Shown here piece after piece: positions 36,587 through 48,479 of a stretch of 56,184 bases of DNA. A program made the position numbers and the translations under genes. Origin of the DNA: Christensenellaceae bacterium (GTDB lineage Bacteria; Bacillota; Clostridia; Christensenellales; Borkfalkiaceae); NCBI GenBank assembly GCA_045655065.1, contig JAZOOP010000066.1:1-56184 (forward strand), in the 5' to 3' direction. Below the pieces are notes generated by a model. The model saw only the letters and a list, made by a program, of their open reading frames with translations. It was not told the DNA's origin and did not search any database. Position 1 is the first letter of the stretch. Each line of letters begins with the position of its first letter.

Positions 36587-37294
36587 TTATTTCTTAAACA
36601 TTAGCCTATGGCAATGGTCGCACTCTACAATTTCGCCCTTGTTTAGTTTAGAAACGGCACTAAGGTCTAACATATTATAGCACTTGGCACACATAAAATC
36701 TTTACCATTAGCCTTTACTTCGCAAACTATTGGGAATAATTTTTCTGCACGCTTTTTTAAATAAAGTTCCATTGCGTCTTTATCTATTCCCTTTGCAAGT
36801 TTTTCTAGTTCCTTTTCTATCTTTTCCTTTTCAGGTTGAATTTCATTTCTTAATTGTTCGTATTTAGGTCTAAATTCAGCAAATTGCGCTTGAGCGGCAG
36901 CAGTAGAATTTTTTATTTGACTATATTCTTTAGCCATTTCGTTAATAGCATTAGAAAGTTTATTTAATTCGGCATCAATGCTTTTTAATTCTTGCATAAG
37001 TTCGTTAGCCTTTTTTAGCAAAAATTCTGCTTCTGCGCCATCTTGTAAAGATGCAAGAGCCTTAGCAATATCTTTTTCCTTTTCTAAAACTTTTTCTTGT
37101 TTAACTTTTAGCGCTTCGTAGGTGGCGTTAAGTTCACCTGCTTGAGAATTAAGTTTATTTAAATTTTCTTCAACGCCTTCTAAATATTTTTTTGCAGATG
37201 CAACTTTTTTTCTTTCTTCACTACCTAAAACCTTTGCTTCTAAATTTTTTAGGTTACCATCTATTTCTTGGTACGCTAACAACTTTTCTATCAT
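36587..37294 (-). CDS. Coiled-coil plus C4 zinc-ribbon protein (COG1579/DUF164)
   Basis: Long heptad region followed by CAKCYNML...CDHCHRL, next to nif3 as in many bacteria. Confidence 0.8.
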   Translation of the reverse strand: MIEKLLAYQEIDGNLKNLEAKVLGSEERKKVASAKKYLEGVEENLNKLNSQAGELNATYEALKVKQEKVLEKEKDIAKALASLQDGAEAEFLLKKANELMQELKSIDAELNKLSNAINEMAKEYSQIKNSTAAAQAQFAEFRPKYEQLRNEIQPEKEKIEKELEKLAKGIDKDAMELYLKKRAEKLFPIVCEVKANGKDFMCAKCYNMLDLSAVSKLNKGEIVECDHCHRLMFKK

Positions 37295-37305
37295 AACTAT
37301 CTCCT

Positions 37306-38100
37306 TTACTTAAATCTTTCATCTAAGAAATAAATTGTTTCTATTTTTTTATCAATGACTTCATTAACGCTAGAAAAATACTTGTTAAATCCATATTCTT
37401 CTGCAACGTAATGAGGTATTAAAATTACACTTTTTTGCCTTTCTATAAGTTCTTTTAAAACGTGGTGAGGCATATCGGAACTAACTACTAAATCTGCCGT
37501 TAAACTGCCGTTATCTAGCCCTTTAACTATAGAAGAAGAACCACTTCCACAAAAACTTGCAACCTTTTTTATTGGGGCATTTTCGTTGCCATAATATAAA
37601 ATTTTATTGCAATTAAAATTGTTTTTAACCCTTTCGTAAAAGTTTAAAAGGGTTGTTTCTTCTATTAAAAATTGCCTGCCGTAGCCACAATTACAATCTA
37701 ATTTTTCTAGAATTTCCACTTCTTTTGCACCAAGTTTTTTTGCTAAACTTTGGTCTATGCCACAAGCTGCAACGTCTAAATTAAGGTGCATAGAAATTAC
37801 GTTTATGTTGGCTTTTATAGCCTTTAATAAAGCCTTTGAACAAGGGTTTTCGTTGCTTAAATTTTTTAGTGGTGCGTATATTGCTGGGTGATGAGTAACC
37901 ACCGTATCGCAACCATTTTCTATTGCGTAATCTACAGATAACTCGCTTAAATCTAGTGTGAATAACGCCTTTTTTACTACCCCGTTATTTTCTATTAAAA
38001 TACCGCTATTATCGTAGTCGCCAAGTTCAATTAGTTTATGGCTTAAACTTATTGGGGCTAACTCGTTTAGTACGGAATAAAACTCTTTTAAACTATACAT
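37306..38100 (-). CDS. Nif3-like dinuclear metal centre protein (YqfO family)
   Basis: VTHHPAIY and SMHLNLD motifs, with trmK-nif3 synteny. Confidence 0.85.
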   Translation of the reverse strand: MYSLKEFYSVLNELAPISLSHKLIELGDYDNSGILIENNGVVKKALFTLDLSELSVDYAIENGCDTVVTHHPAIYAPLKNLSNENPCSKALLKAIKANINVISMHLNLDVAACGIDQSLAKKLGAKEVEILEKLDCNCGYGRQFLIEETTLLNFYERVKNNFNCNKILYYGNENAPIKKVASFCGSGSSSIVKGLDNGSLTADLVVSSDMPHHVLKELIERQKSVILIPHYVAEEYGFNKYFSSVNEVIDKKIETIYFLDERFK

Positions 38101-38743
38101 ATTTTTTTAACCTTTCAATTTCTAATAGCATTTTTTCTTTGGTGTCGTTAGAAATTTGCTCGTTTGCTATTACTTTCGTTAATTGGTTTATTTTTAACTT
38201 TACCTTGTTTATAAAAGGTAAGCCTTTTTTTATTAAATTAGTTCTACCAAACTCTATTTCTTCTTCTGTTAAACTATCTTTTCCTAAGGAACAAACTATT
38301 AAATCGTAAAACCTTTTGCCTTCGTTAAAAGTGTAGTCTTTTTCTATTTTATACCCTAATTCTATTAAGGTTTTTCTAACCTTTTCGGTATTCTTCATTG
38401 GTTGAAGAACTAGGTTGTTTGGCTTAAAACTTGCATTTTTTAAAACTTCTATAATTTCTTCGCCACCCATACCAGCAATTAAGGCACAATTGCAAAATTC
38501 TATTTTGCTAAACCCGTTAGAAACAACACCCGTTGCCCTATTTTCTTCTACGTAAGTTTTAAGCAAAACGTTTGCTTTTTCTAAACATTTTGCACTAATA
38601 TCGCTAAAAATTGCCTTATTACATTTGCCACTTTCTAGCATCTTTTGGGTAATATACCCGTGGTCGCAACCAATATCGGCAAACATTTCACAAGTGGGTA
38701 TGGAGTTAAAAATTTCAGTAAGTCTATAACTTATATCTGCCAT
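38093..38743 (-). CDS. trmK: tRNA (adenine22-N1)-methyltransferase TrmK
   Basis: ADIGCDHGY SAM motif and the conserved position after sigA. Confidence 0.85.
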   Translation of the reverse strand: MADISYRLTEIFNSIPTCEMFADIGCDHGYITQKMLESGKCNKAIFSDISAKCLEKANVLLKTYVEENRATGVVSNGFSKIEFCNCALIAGMGGEEIIEVLKNASFKPNNLVLQPMKNTEKVRKTLIELGYKIEKDYTFNEGKRFYDLIVCSLGKDSLTEEEIEFGRTNLIKKGLPFINKVKLKINQLTKVIANEQISNDTKEKMLLEIERLKKYV

Positions 38744-38744
38744 A

Positions 38745-39851
38745 TTAATCTAAATAATCTTTTAGTCGTTTAGAACGGCTAGGGTGCCTTAGTTTTCTTA
38801 GCGCTTTTGCTTCTATTTGCCTAATTCTTTCCCTAGTAACGTTAAATTCCTTACCTACTTCTTCTAAAGTTCTTGGTCTGCCGTCGTCTAAACCATAACG
38901 AAGCCTAATAACCTTTTCTTCTCTAGGTGTAAGAGTATCTAAAACGCCAATAAGTTGTTCTTTTAACATTGCAGAAGAAACTGCGTCGGTTGGGGCTGTA
39001 CTACCTTCATCTTCAATAAAATCTGAAAGGTGGCTATCTTCTTCTTCACCGATAGGTGTTTCTAAAGAAACAGGGTCTTGTGCGATTTTTTGAATTTCAC
39101 GCACTTTTTCTACCGAAACGTTCATTTCTTGAGCAATTTCTTCAGGGGTTGGTTCACGGCCAAACTCTTGTAAAAGTTTTCTTGCAACCCTAATTTGTTT
39201 GTTTATTGTTTCTACCATATGAACAGGAATTCTAATGGTTCTTGCTTGGTCTGCAATAGCCCTAGTTATTGCTTGCCTAATCCACCAAGTAGCATAGGTA
39301 GAGAATTTAAAACCTTTTTGGTAGTCAAATTTTTCTACGGCTTTCATAAGCCCAAGGTTACCTTCTTGAATTAAATCTAGAAATTGCATACCCCTGCCCA
39401 TATATCTTTTAGCAATAGAAACTACTAAACGAAGGTTAGCTTCAGAAAGCAACCTTTTAGCACCTTCATCTCCTTCCATCATACGTTTAGCAAGTTCCGT
39501 TTCTTCATCTGCCATAAGTAGTGGAACTTTACCAATATCTTTAAGGTACATTTTAACAGGGTCGTCCATACTAACTTCTTTTAGAATTTGGTCGTACAAC
39601 TCCTTATCCTTTTCATATTCGTTTATAACTTGAATACCTGCTTCTTCCAAAAGTTTATAAATTTCATCTAGTTCGCTAGGTGTTGCTTGGCATTTTTCTA
39701 ACTTATCAAAAAGTATTTCCGTAGTTATTTTGCCCCTATTTTTGTATTCTATAATAATATCTTCAACAATAGTAAGCACAGGGTTAGGTTGTTCTTCAGT
39801 TGACATTACTTGGTTAATTTCCGGTGTAATTATAATTTCCTTTTCTTCCAT
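38745..39851 (-). CDS. sigA: Primary RNA polymerase sigma factor (sigma-70/SigA)
   Basis: Regions 1.2 to 4.2 are present, including [14 protein letters not shown] and the [21 protein letters not shown]. Confidence 0.97.
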   Translation of the reverse strand: MEEKEIIITPEINQVMSTEEQPNPVLTIVEDIIIEYKNRGKITTEILFDKLEKCQATPSELDEIYKLLEEAGIQVINEYEKDKELYDQILKEVSMDDPVKMYLKDIGKVPLLMADEETELAKRMMEGDEGAKRLLSEANLRLVVSIAKRYMGRGMQFLDLIQEGNLGLMKAVEKFDYQKGFKFSTYATWWIRQAITRAIADQARTIRIPVHMVETINKQIRVARKLLQEFGREPTPEEIAQEMNVSVEKVREIQKIAQDPVSLETPIGEEEDSHLSDFIEDEGSTAPTDAVSSAMLKEQLIGVLDTLTPREEKVIRLRYGLDDGRPRTLEEVGKEFNVTRERIRQIEAKALRKLRHPSRSKRLKDYLD

Positions 39852-39882
39852 TTAGAGTATCTCCTTAAAATACTTTTCTAGT

Positions 39883-41655
39883 TTATAGTTTGTTTTTTAA
39901 TGCTATGGCTTCTGCCATTTTCTTTGCTAGTTCTTTTCTTTTAACAGTATCTGTTTCTTCTTTAAATTGTTTTGTTAACGTAGCAATTTCGGTGTTAATT
40001 TTTTCTACAGCAACGGTTTTTAGGCAACCATTAAAGTAGTGTTCTTCGTTAAACTTTCCATCTTCTTCGGTGTTCATACCTGCTATTCTAGAAAGTTCAT
40101 CTCTAAATTCTTCGTTTAAGAGTTCGTAAAGGTCGTTAAACTTCAAGTTAGAGTCTTGTGCCTTTCTATCTAAAATAAGTTTTTTAATTTCTATAAACGC
40201 AGGGTTAGTAAAATTAATTTTTTCTATATTTTCTTCTTCTGCATATGCTTTATTAAAAAGGTAAGCATATATAATAAACCTTTCAGCCATTAAAAGTTTA
40301 TCGCCAACGTTATCGTTAAAAATTGGCACCACTTCTTTTTCTTTGCTTTGTGGTTTTTCTTCGGTATTCATTAAATCACGCTTTAACGATTCGTACGTTA
40401 TACCCGTAATATCTCTAACCTGTTTTAGTAAATCTTCTTGTTCGCTGGCAGAAGGGCTTTCTTTAATAACTTTTAGCGCTTCTAATACGTATTTCCTTTT
40501 GCCACTAACCGAGTTTATATCAAACGTATTTTTAATAATATCTAACTTAAAATCTATTAGTGGTTTTGCCTTTTGTAGAAGTTCAGCGTAGCCTTCTTTT
40601 CCATACTTTTTAATAACGTCGTCTGGGTCTAGCCCGTCTGGCAAGGCAACAACCTTAACGTCTAACCCTTCTTCTTTTAGTATTTCTAGCCCACGAATAG
40701 ATGCTTTTTGCCCAGCAAAGTCGCCGTCGTAACTAATAAACACCTTGTCCGTGTAGCGTTTTAATATTCTTGCTTGGTCTTTGGTTAAACTTGTGCCCAT
40801 ACTAGCAACAACGTTTTCAAAACCACCGCTAACTAACGAAATAGTATCCATATACCCTTCAACTATAATAATGCTATCTATACCCTTTTCGTTTTTAAGT
40901 TTTTTAACTAAATTTAAATTATATAACGTATTACTTTTTGAAAAGGCAATGGTTTCTTTAGTGTTTTTGTATTTAGCAAAATCTGCATTTTCTAGTAGCC
41001 TACCACCAAAGGCAACCACTTGCCCCATAGCGTTTATAATAGGTATAATTAACCTGCCGGCAAGGGCATCGTAAAGCCTATCGTTTTTCTTATCTACTAC
41101 CCCTGAAGATAGCATTTCTTCTTCGGTATAGCCCTTTTGTTTTAAATGTGCTACTAAGCCTTGAAAATCTAGCGAAGCACCTATGCCGAATTTAGAAACC
41201 AACTCGCCTTTTATGCCACGTTTAACTACGTATTCTATATGTTTTGTGGCTTCTTTACTTTTTAGGTTATTTACGTAAAAGTAAGCGGAATCTTTTAATA
41301 GTTCTAAAACCCTTTCTCTTTTCTTTTTTTGCTCTTTAGCCCTTTCGTCGTCGTATTCAACTTCAGGAATAGGTAAATGTACTTTTTCGGCTAAAAGTTT
41401 AACTGCGTCGCCAAAATCTAACGATTCCATTTCCATTACAAAACTTATAACGTCGCCACTTTTGTGGCAACCAAAACAGTAATAAAACTGACCTATTGCA
41501 TTAACGCAAAAAGAAGCCGTCTTTTCGTGATGAAAAGGGCATTTCCCCCAAAAGTTACTTCCCTTTTGTTCAAGGTGAATATAACTTTTAACGATATCTA
41601 TAATATCGCATTTATTTTTTAATTCATCTATAAACTTTGCGTTAAAACCTTTCAT
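39883..41655 (-). CDS. dnaG: DNA primase
   Basis: Zinc-binding CPFHHEKTASF..CFGC, a Toprim domain (VEGYMD) and dnaG-sigA synteny. Confidence 0.95.
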   Translation of the reverse strand: MKGFNAKFIDELKNKCDIIDIVKSYIHLEQKGSNFWGKCPFHHEKTASFCVNAIGQFYYCFGCHKSGDVISFVMEMESLDFGDAVKLLAEKVHLPIPEVEYDDERAKEQKKKRERVLELLKDSAYFYVNNLKSKEATKHIEYVVKRGIKGELVSKFGIGASLDFQGLVAHLKQKGYTEEEMLSSGVVDKKNDRLYDALAGRLIIPIINAMGQVVAFGGRLLENADFAKYKNTKETIAFSKSNTLYNLNLVKKLKNEKGIDSIIIVEGYMDTISLVSGGFENVVASMGTSLTKDQARILKRYTDKVFISYDGDFAGQKASIRGLEILKEEGLDVKVVALPDGLDPDDVIKKYGKEGYAELLQKAKPLIDFKLDIIKNTFDINSVSGKRKYVLEALKVIKESPSASEQEDLLKQVRDITGITYESLKRDLMNTEEKPQSKEKEVVPIFNDNVGDKLLMAERFIIYAYLFNKAYAEEENIEKINFTNPAFIEIKKLILDRKAQDSNLKFNDLYELLNEEFRDELSRIAGMNTEEDGKFNEEHYFNGCLKTVAVEKINTEIATLTKQFKEETDTVKRKELAKKMAEAIALKNKL

Positions 41656-41667
41656 AAGTTTTCCTTT

Positions 41668-42663
41668 TTATAGTTTCCATTTGTCTGGCACGAATAGTTC
41701 AGTAAATTTTTTTACAACAAATCCGTCGCTCATACCCGAAATATAATCGCATAAAACGGTATCTTTATCGTAAGAATTTAGTAATTCTACGTAGAATTTT
41801 GGCATTAGATTTAAGTTTTCTTTATAGTAGTTATATAGAGCAGAAATCATTCTGTTTGCCTTTTCTTCTTCTACCTTAAAAGTATTTGCATTATAAACGT
41901 TATTAAATAAAAAATTGCGCAATTCGTTTGTGGCGTTTTCTATTTCAGGTTGCATTTCTACCTTATTTTTGCCGTCGCTTTCAATAAAAATAGATTGCAC
42001 CATTGTATTTATTCGCTCGCTAGAAGTTTTACCTAAAATTTCTATTAAATCTTTAGGTAGGTCGTTAAAAGTTATAATGCCACTTTCAATAGCATCGTCT
42101 ATATCGTGGTTTATGTAGGCAATTCTATCGGCTATGCTAACTGCTTTACCTTCTAAGGTTTTAGGGTTAGAATTTAGTTTATGGTTAACTATGCCGTCTA
42201 CAACTTCACGGGTAAGGTTTAAGCCCTTTCCGTCGCTTTCTAATAAGTCTACTACTCTACCTGAATTTTCGTTATGCTTAAAGCCTTTAGGGTTAAGTGA
42301 ATTTAATATTCGCTCGCCCGAATGACCAAAAGGTGTATGCCCCAAGTCGTGCCCTAACGCTATGGCTTCGGTTAAATCTTCGTTAAGAGATAACGCCCTT
42401 GCTATTGCCCTTGCCACTTGCGAAACGGTTAGAGTATGCGTTAGCCTTGTTCTATAGTGGTCGCCTTCTGGAGAAAAGAAAACTTGAGTTTTATTTTTTA
42501 AACGCCTAAACGATTTACTATGAATAATTCTATCTCTATCTCGTTGAAATTCCGTTCTCATTGGGCAAGGCGTTTCTTCTTTTAGCCTACCAATAGTGTT
42601 TATAGACTTAAAAGCGTATTTAGATAAAAACATTTCTTCCATTTTAAAGGTTTTATCTTTCAT
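41668..42663 (-). CDS. dGTP triphosphohydrolase-like HD-domain protein
   Basis: RTRLTHTLTVSQVAR..GHDLGHTPFGH HD motif and ~330 aa length, as in short Dgt homologs upstream of dnaG. Confidence 0.85.
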   Translation of the reverse strand: MKDKTFKMEEMFLSKYAFKSINTIGRLKEETPCPMRTEFQRDRDRIIHSKSFRRLKNKTQVFFSPEGDHYRTRLTHTLTVSQVARAIARALSLNEDLTEAIALGHDLGHTPFGHSGERILNSLNPKGFKHNENSGRVVDLLESDGKGLNLTREVVDGIVNHKLNSNPKTLEGKAVSIADRIAYINHDIDDAIESGIITFNDLPKDLIEILGKTSSERINTMVQSIFIESDGKNKVEMQPEIENATNELRNFLFNNVYNANTFKVEEEKANRMISALYNYYKENLNLMPKFYVELLNSYDKDTVLCDYISGMSDGFVVKKFTELFVPDKWKL

Positions 42664-42801
42664 TTGCCATACCCCTTTTATGACTTAATAAATTTGTTCA
42701 AATAATTATACTACGCAAAACTCAAAAACCCTTTTTTTATTTGATTTTTTTGCAAAATTTTTTAAAAATTTTAAGGCTACCCCGTTTAGTAGCCTTAATT
42801 T

Positions 42802-45627
42802 TTATTTTTCTGCTAAAATTTTTCTTAAAAATTGCCCCGTATAACTATTTTCTACCTTTGCCACGTCTTCCGGAGAACCATAGGCAATAATCGTGCCACC
42901 ACCAGAGCCACCTTCTGGGCCTAAATCTATAATATAGTCGGCAACCTTAATAACGTCTAGGTTGTGCTCTATAACAACAATGGTATTGCCACTCTTTTGT
43001 AAGCGTTGTAAAACTAACAATAACTTATTTACGTCGTAACTATGCAATCCCGTAGTAGGCTCGTCTAAAATATATAGAGTTTTGCCCGTTGCTCGCTTGC
43101 ATAATTCGGTAGCAAGTTTTACCCTTTGGGCTTCGCCACCAGAAAGAGTTGTAGAACTTTGACCTAGTTTAATATAGCCTAAGCCTACGTCTTGCAAAGT
43201 TTTAATTTTATTGTATATAGATGGTTGTGCACTAAAGAATTCACACGCTTCGTCTACCGTCATATCTAAAACTTCGCTAATGTTTTTGCCCTTATATTTA
43301 ACTTGCAAAGTTTCTCTGTTATATCTTTTACCTTTACACACTTCGCAAGGCACGTAAATATCTGGTAAAAAGTGCATTTCTATTTTTAGTATGCCGTCGC
43401 CATCGCATCTTTCGCATCTGCCACCTGCAACGTTAAAAGAAAACCTTCCTGCTTTATAGCCCCTTTCCTTTGCATCTACAGTAGATGCAAATAGTTCCCT
43501 TATATGAGAAAATACGCCTGTGTAAGTTGCAGGGTTACTACGTGGCGTTCTGCCTATTGGAGATTGGTCTATTGCAATAACCTTATCAAAATATTCTATT
43601 CCGTCTATTTTTGTAAATTTACCACCACGAATTTTGCTATTGTTTAGTTTATTAGAAAGTTCTGGTAAAATTATTTCGTTTACTAACGAACTTTTACCAC
43701 TACCCGAAACACCCGTTATTGCAGTAAATAAACCCACCGGAATTTTTACGTTTATATCTTTTAAGTTGTTTTGGCTTGCGCCATAAACTTCTAGCCACCT
43801 ACCGTCTGGAGTTAACCTTTCGTTAGGAACTAAAATTTTTCTTCTGCCTGCAAGGTAGTCGCCCGTAATAGAGTTAGGCTCGTTTATAATATCTTCAACA
43901 CTACCCGTTGCCACTATTTCGCCACCGTGAACGCCTGCTTTAGGGCCAATATCAACAATAAAGTCGGCACTTTTTATAGTGTCTTCGTCGTGTTCTACAA
44001 CTATTAAGGTGTTACCTAAATCTCTTAATTTTTTTAACGATGCAAGTAGTTTTTCGTTATCTCTTTGGTGCAAGCCTATGCTTGGCTCGTCTAAAATATA
44101 TAGCACGCCCGTTAGTCCACTACCAATTTGGGTTGCAAGCCTAATTCTTTGCGCCTCGCCACCAGAAAGAGTGCTTGCAGTTCTACTTAACGTTAAATAC
44201 CCTAAGCCAACGTCTTTTAAGAAGTTTAACCTTGCCTTAATTTCTTTTAGTATTGGTTTTGCTATTAGAGTTTTGGTGTGGTCTAAAGCAATTTTTTCTA
44301 CGAAATCAAAAAGGTCTATAACAGCCATATCAGTTAGTTCTGCAATGTTTTTACCATTTATAGTTACGGCAAGCGCTTCCTTTTTTAACCTTTTGCCGTG
44401 GCAGGTATTACAAGGGCTAACCGTCATATACCTTTCTATTTCGCTTTTAGTATAGTCGCTTGTGGTTTCCCTATATCTTCGCTCTAGATTAGGAATAATA
44501 CCTTCCCAACTGCTCATATAACTGCCTGTAAAGGTTTTTGTAGAATAATCCATTTTGATTTTTTCGCCGTTGTTACCATATAATAAAATATTTACTATTT
44601 GGTTAGGCAAGTCTTTTACAGGGGTATCTATGCTAAAGCCATAGTGTTTAGCAAGTGAAGTAAAATACATTTCGCACATTTTACCACTATCTAAATTCCA
44701 ACCCGTAATACACATAGCGCCATCTCTTAAAGACATATTTTCATCTTTAATAACAAGTTTTGGGTCTACTTCGTTTTTATAACCTAAGCCGTGGCAGTCT
44801 GGACAAGCGCCGAAAGGATTGTTAAAAGAAAACAACCTTGGCTCTATTTCTTCTATGCTAATATTACAATTAGGGCAAGAGTATTTAGTAGAATATAAGG
44901 TGCTTTCGCCACCCAACTCTTCTACTATAACTAAGCCGTTAGCAAGTTTAATTGCAGTTTCTAAACTATCAAATAGCCTTTTTTCAATACCTTCTTTAAC
45001 AATAAGCCTATCTATAACAACGTTTATGTTGTGTTTAATATTTTTATCTAAAGAAATTTCTTCAGTTAGGTCGTAAACAACACCGTCTATTTCTATTCTA
45101 GAATAACCACTTTTTCTAAAGTTTTCTATTTCCTTTTTGAATTCCCCTTTTTTGCCTTTAGCAATAGGTGCGTTAATTAAAATTTTAGTGTTTTCTTTTA
45201 ACGACATAACCCTATCTAAAATTTGGTCTATGGTTTGCTTAGAAATTTCTTCGCCACAAACGGGGCAATGCGGAACGCCAACCCTAGCGAACAGCAACCT
45301 AAAATAGTCGTAAATTTCGGTAACCGTACCAACGGTAGAACGTGGATTGTGCGAAGTGGTTTTTTGGTCTATAGAAATTGCTGGGGATAAGCCTTCTATT
45401 AAATCTACGTCTGGCTTTTCCATTTGCCCTAAAAACATACGGGCATAACTAGAAAGACTTTCAACGTATCTTCTTTGCCCCTCAGCGTAAATTGTATCAA
45501 ATGCAAGCGAAGACTTACCACTACCAGAAAGCCCTGTAAATACAACAAGTTTTTCTCGTGGTATGGTAACGTTAACGTCTTTTAAGTTATTTCCCCTTGC
45601 ACCTTTAATAATTATATTCTCTTTCAT
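42802..45627 (-). CDS. uvrA: Excinuclease ABC subunit A
   Basis: Two ABC modules (GLSGSGKSS and GVSGSGKSS) and zinc-finger insertions, 941 aa. Confidence 0.97.
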   Translation of the reverse strand: MKENIIIKGARGNNLKDVNVTIPREKLVVFTGLSGSGKSSLAFDTIYAEGQRRYVESLSSYARMFLGQMEKPDVDLIEGLSPAISIDQKTTSHNPRSTVGTVTEIYDYFRLLFARVGVPHCPVCGEEISKQTIDQILDRVMSLKENTKILINAPIAKGKKGEFKKEIENFRKSGYSRIEIDGVVYDLTEEISLDKNIKHNINVVIDRLIVKEGIEKRLFDSLETAIKLANGLVIVEELGGESTLYSTKYSCPNCNISIEEIEPRLFSFNNPFGACPDCHGLGYKNEVDPKLVIKDENMSLRDGAMCITGWNLDSGKMCEMYFTSLAKHYGFSIDTPVKDLPNQIVNILLYGNNGEKIKMDYSTKTFTGSYMSSWEGIIPNLERRYRETTSDYTKSEIERYMTVSPCNTCHGKRLKKEALAVTINGKNIAELTDMAVIDLFDFVEKIALDHTKTLIAKPILKEIKARLNFLKDVGLGYLTLSRTASTLSGGEAQRIRLATQIGSGLTGVLYILDEPSIGLHQRDNEKLLASLKKLRDLGNTLIVVEHDEDTIKSADFIVDIGPKAGVHGGEIVATGSVEDIINEPNSITGDYLAGRRKILVPNERLTPDGRWLEVYGASQNNLKDINVKIPVGLFTAITGVSGSGKSSLVNEIILPELSNKLNNSKIRGGKFTKIDGIEYFDKVIAIDQSPIGRTPRSNPATYTGVFSHIRELFASTVDAKERGYKAGRFSFNVAGGRCERCDGDGILKIEMHFLPDIYVPCEVCKGKRYNRETLQVKYKGKNISEVLDMTVDEACEFFSAQPSIYNKIKTLQDVGLGYIKLGQSSTTLSGGEAQRVKLATELCKRATGKTLYILDEPTTGLHSYDVNKLLLVLQRLQKSGNTIVVIEHNLDVIKVADYIIDLGPEGGSGGGTIIAYGSPEDVAKVENSYTGQFLRKILAEK

Positions 45628-45628
45628 A

Positions 45629-47590
45629 TTATTTTCTCATTTTTAACTTTAATTTTGCAATAGTATCTCTTATTTCAATACACTTTTCAAAGTCTAAATT
45701 ACTAGATGCTATTTTCATTAAAGCCTTTAATTTTTCTATTTCTTCTGGAATATCGGCTTTTTTAACTTCTTTAGTTCTATCTACTTTTTTGGTTATTTCT
45801 AAAGTGTTAACAACGTCTTTAATAATGGTTTTTGGAACAATGCCGTGTTTAGCGTTATATGCAGACTGAATATCTCTACGCCTTTTAGTTTCATCTATGG
45901 CACGTTGCATACTTCCCGTAATAGTATCGGCATACATTATAACCTTGCCGTCTTTGTTACGCGCTGCACGCCCTACTGTTTGAACTAAAGAAGTTTCACT
46001 ACGCAAAAAGCCTTCTTTATCGGCATCTAATATAGCAACTAATTTAACTTCTGGCAAATCTAACCCTTCTCTTAAAAGGTTAATACCACAAAGCACGTCA
46101 AATTCACCGTTTCGTAGCCCCGAAACAATTTCTATTCTTTCCATAGTGTCTATATCGCTATGCATATACCTAACTTTAATACCTGCTTCTTTTAGGTATT
46201 CTGTTAAACTTTCTGCCATTTTTTTAGTTAAGGTGGTTATTAAAACCCTACCTTTTTCTTTAATAACCTTGTTTATTTCAACTAGCAAATGGTCTATTTG
46301 GTTTTTAGTTGGCACAACGAAAATTTCTGGGTCTAATAACCCTGTAGGTCTAATAAGTTGTTCTACCACTTGCCCCGCTTGGTCTAATTCATACTTTGCA
46401 GGGGTTGCCGAAACGCAAATCATTTGCCCAACCCTTGCATCAAATTCACCAAAAGTTAAAGGTCTATTATCAAATGCAGATTTCAACCTAAACCCGTATT
46501 CAACAAGGCTTTGTTTTCTGCTTCTATCTCCGTTATACATAGCACCTAGTTGTGGAATCGTCATATGAGATTCATCTATAAAAACAATAAAATCTTTGGG
46601 GAAATAATCTAACAAAGTAAAGGGTGGCTCGCCAATTTGCCTGCCATCAAAATAACGGCTATAATTTTCTATACCCTTACAAAAACCTATTTCTTTAATC
46701 ATATCTAGGTCGTATTCGGTGCGTTGGTTAAGCCTTTGCGCTTCTAAAAGTTTTCCGTCTTCTTTTAGTAGCCTTACTTCGTCTTCTTTATCTCTTTCAA
46801 TGGCAATGGTGGCAAGTTTAAGTTTTTCTTCTGCAACTGCGTAGTGGCTTGCAGGAAAAATTACGGCGTGTTTTAGTTCTGCAATAATTTTACCACTAAC
46901 AAATTCTACTTCTAAAATTCTATCTACGGTATCGCCAAAAAACTCTACTCTAATAATAATTTCCGTGTTGGCGGAAGGAAAAATATCTACCGTATCTCCC
47001 CTAACTCTAAACGAAGAACGGCTAAAATCAATATCTCTTCTGGTATATTGAATAGCAACTAACTTGCGCATTAGTTCATCTCTATCTAGTTGTTGGTTAG
47101 GGCGAATAGAAAGGGCTAGCCTATAATATTCTTCTGGCGCACCTAACCCGTATATACAAGAAACGGATGCCACAACTATAGTATCTCTCCTTTCTGATAG
47201 AGAACAGGTTGCAGAGTGGCGCAATTTATCTATTTCATCGTTAATAGCAAGGTCTTTTTCTATATAAGTATCGGTAGAAGGGATATATGCTTCGGGTTGA
47301 TAATAGTCGTAATAAGAAACAAAAAATTCTACTCTGTTTTCTGGAAAGAACTCTCTAAATTCGTTGCAAAGTTGGGCAGCAAGAGTTTTATTGTGGGCAA
47401 TTACTAAGGCAGGCCTATTTACGTTAGCAATAACGTTTGCCATGGTAAACGTTTTACCACTACCCGTAACGCCTAAAAGGACTTGCGTGCGCAAGCCGTC
47501 TAAAATACCTTCCGTAAGTTTAGAAATTGCTTGCGGTTGGTCGCCCGTAGGCGCATATTTAGATTTTAACTTAAAACTTCTTTCTTCCAT
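45629..47590 (-). CDS. uvrB: Excinuclease ABC subunit B
   Basis: GVTGSGKT Walker A, helicase motifs and a C-terminal UVR domain. Confidence 0.97.
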   Translation of the reverse strand: MEERSFKLKSKYAPTGDQPQAISKLTEGILDGLRTQVLLGVTGSGKTFTMANVIANVNRPALVIAHNKTLAAQLCNEFREFFPENRVEFFVSYYDYYQPEAYIPSTDTYIEKDLAINDEIDKLRHSATCSLSERRDTIVVASVSCIYGLGAPEEYYRLALSIRPNQQLDRDELMRKLVAIQYTRRDIDFSRSSFRVRGDTVDIFPSANTEIIIRVEFFGDTVDRILEVEFVSGKIIAELKHAVIFPASHYAVAEEKLKLATIAIERDKEDEVRLLKEDGKLLEAQRLNQRTEYDLDMIKEIGFCKGIENYSRYFDGRQIGEPPFTLLDYFPKDFIVFIDESHMTIPQLGAMYNGDRSRKQSLVEYGFRLKSAFDNRPLTFGEFDARVGQMICVSATPAKYELDQAGQVVEQLIRPTGLLDPEIFVVPTKNQIDHLLVEINKVIKEKGRVLITTLTKKMAESLTEYLKEAGIKVRYMHSDIDTMERIEIVSGLRNGEFDVLCGINLLREGLDLPEVKLVAILDADKEGFLRSETSLVQTVGRAARNKDGKVIMYADTITGSMQRAIDETKRRRDIQSAYNAKHGIVPKTIIKDVVNTLEITKKVDRTKEVKKADIPEEIEKLKALMKIASSNLDFEKCIEIRDTIAKLKLKMRK

Positions 47591-47591
47591 A

Positions 47592-47945
47592 CTAAAAAAT
47601 TGCTTTTAATAATAATCCTAATAAAAAACTTAAAAAGGCAAAGCACACGGTAACTACTAACTTAAATATTAAAGTGCGCTTAATTTTTTCGCCGTTTCTA
47701 GTAAAAAACTTACCCTTTTCTAAGATGGTTATACAATATACTTTTTCGCCGTGCCTATCGGAATAAATTAAATCTATAAACCCGTCTATAACAAGTGCGT
47801 TTATAATTTTTTCTAAATCTGTAGCCGTTAGCCCCTTTATTGCCACCAAATTAAGTAGGTCTAGTGGGGTTATTAAAAAGGTTGTTTTATTTTTACCAAT
47901 AGTGTTTAACACACTCATAACCCTATTTTCCGTTTTGTTTAGCAT
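47592..47945 (-). CDS. Small winged-helix-like protein with a C-terminal TM anchor (paralog B)
   Basis: N-terminal ~80 aa with a wHTH-like pattern (VLNT...[13 protein letters not shown]...ILEKGKFF) followed by a hydrophobic helix. Its stop is 1 nt before the uvrB ATG. Confidence 0.55.
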   Translation of the reverse strand: MLNKTENRVMSVLNTIGKNKTTFLITPLDLLNLVAIKGLTATDLEKIINALVIDGFIDLIYSDRHGEKVYCITILEKGKFFTRNGEKIKRTLIFKLVVTVCFAFLSFLLGLLLKAIF

Positions 47946-48325
47946 TATAGTTTACCTACCAAAGCCAAAACTAAAGTAATTAGTAAACTAACAAAAAACG
48001 AGCCTATAAAAGCACCGAAAAAAGAATATAATAATAAACTTTTTTTGTTGTTAAAAACTTCTATTTCGCTATCTAAATTCTCTTCAAATAATAGCCTACC
48101 TTTAGGCAAAGGGCAAACGCAAAGTTCTTTTTCGTCTTCGTATTTTATGCTTATATATTCCCTTTCTAATAAAAAGTTTAAGCAATGTTTAAGCCCAAAC
48201 TCATCTAAGCCAACGGCTTTTGGCATAGAAGAAATTAAAAACTCTTTATCAAAAACCTTATAGGTAGAGCCTTCACATTCGGTATTTAAAACTTGTAATA
48301 GTTGTTTTGAACGGCTATCTAACAT
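47945..48325 (-). CDS. Small winged-helix-like protein with a C-terminal TM anchor (paralog A)
   Basis: Same architecture (VLNT...LLEREYISIKYED...LPKGRLLF followed by a TM helix). Its TAA stop overlaps the next ATG by 1 nt. Confidence 0.55.
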   Translation of the reverse strand: MLDSRSKQLLQVLNTECEGSTYKVFDKEFLISSMPKAVGLDEFGLKHCLNFLLEREYISIKYEDEKELCVCPLPKGRLLFEENLDSEIEVFNNKKSLLLYSFFGAFIGSFFVSLLITLVLALVGKL

Positions 48326-48393
48326 ATAACACCTAATAACACAATTATTTTGCGTAAATTATTAAAGAGTTATACATTAATAGTGGTTATAAC

Positions 48394-48422
48394 ATTTTAG
48401 CACAAATTTATATTTTTTACAA
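48394..48422 (-). promoter_or_regulatory. Candidate promoter of the wHTH-wHTH-uvrB-uvrA operon
   Basis: Minus-strand TTGTAA, a 17-nt spacer, then TGC-TAAAAT (extended -10). Confidence 0.45.
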
Positions 48423-48437
48423 TAATAAAAAACAAGA

Positions 48438-48460
48438 AGCCCCCAATTTTTAGGGGGGCT
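48438..48460 (-). terminator. Terminator after the ABC importer operon
   Basis: AGCCCCC...GGGGGCT stem. A T-run follows on the minus strand. Confidence 0.7.
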
Positions 48461-48479
48461 TAATAATATTTTTTTAAAT

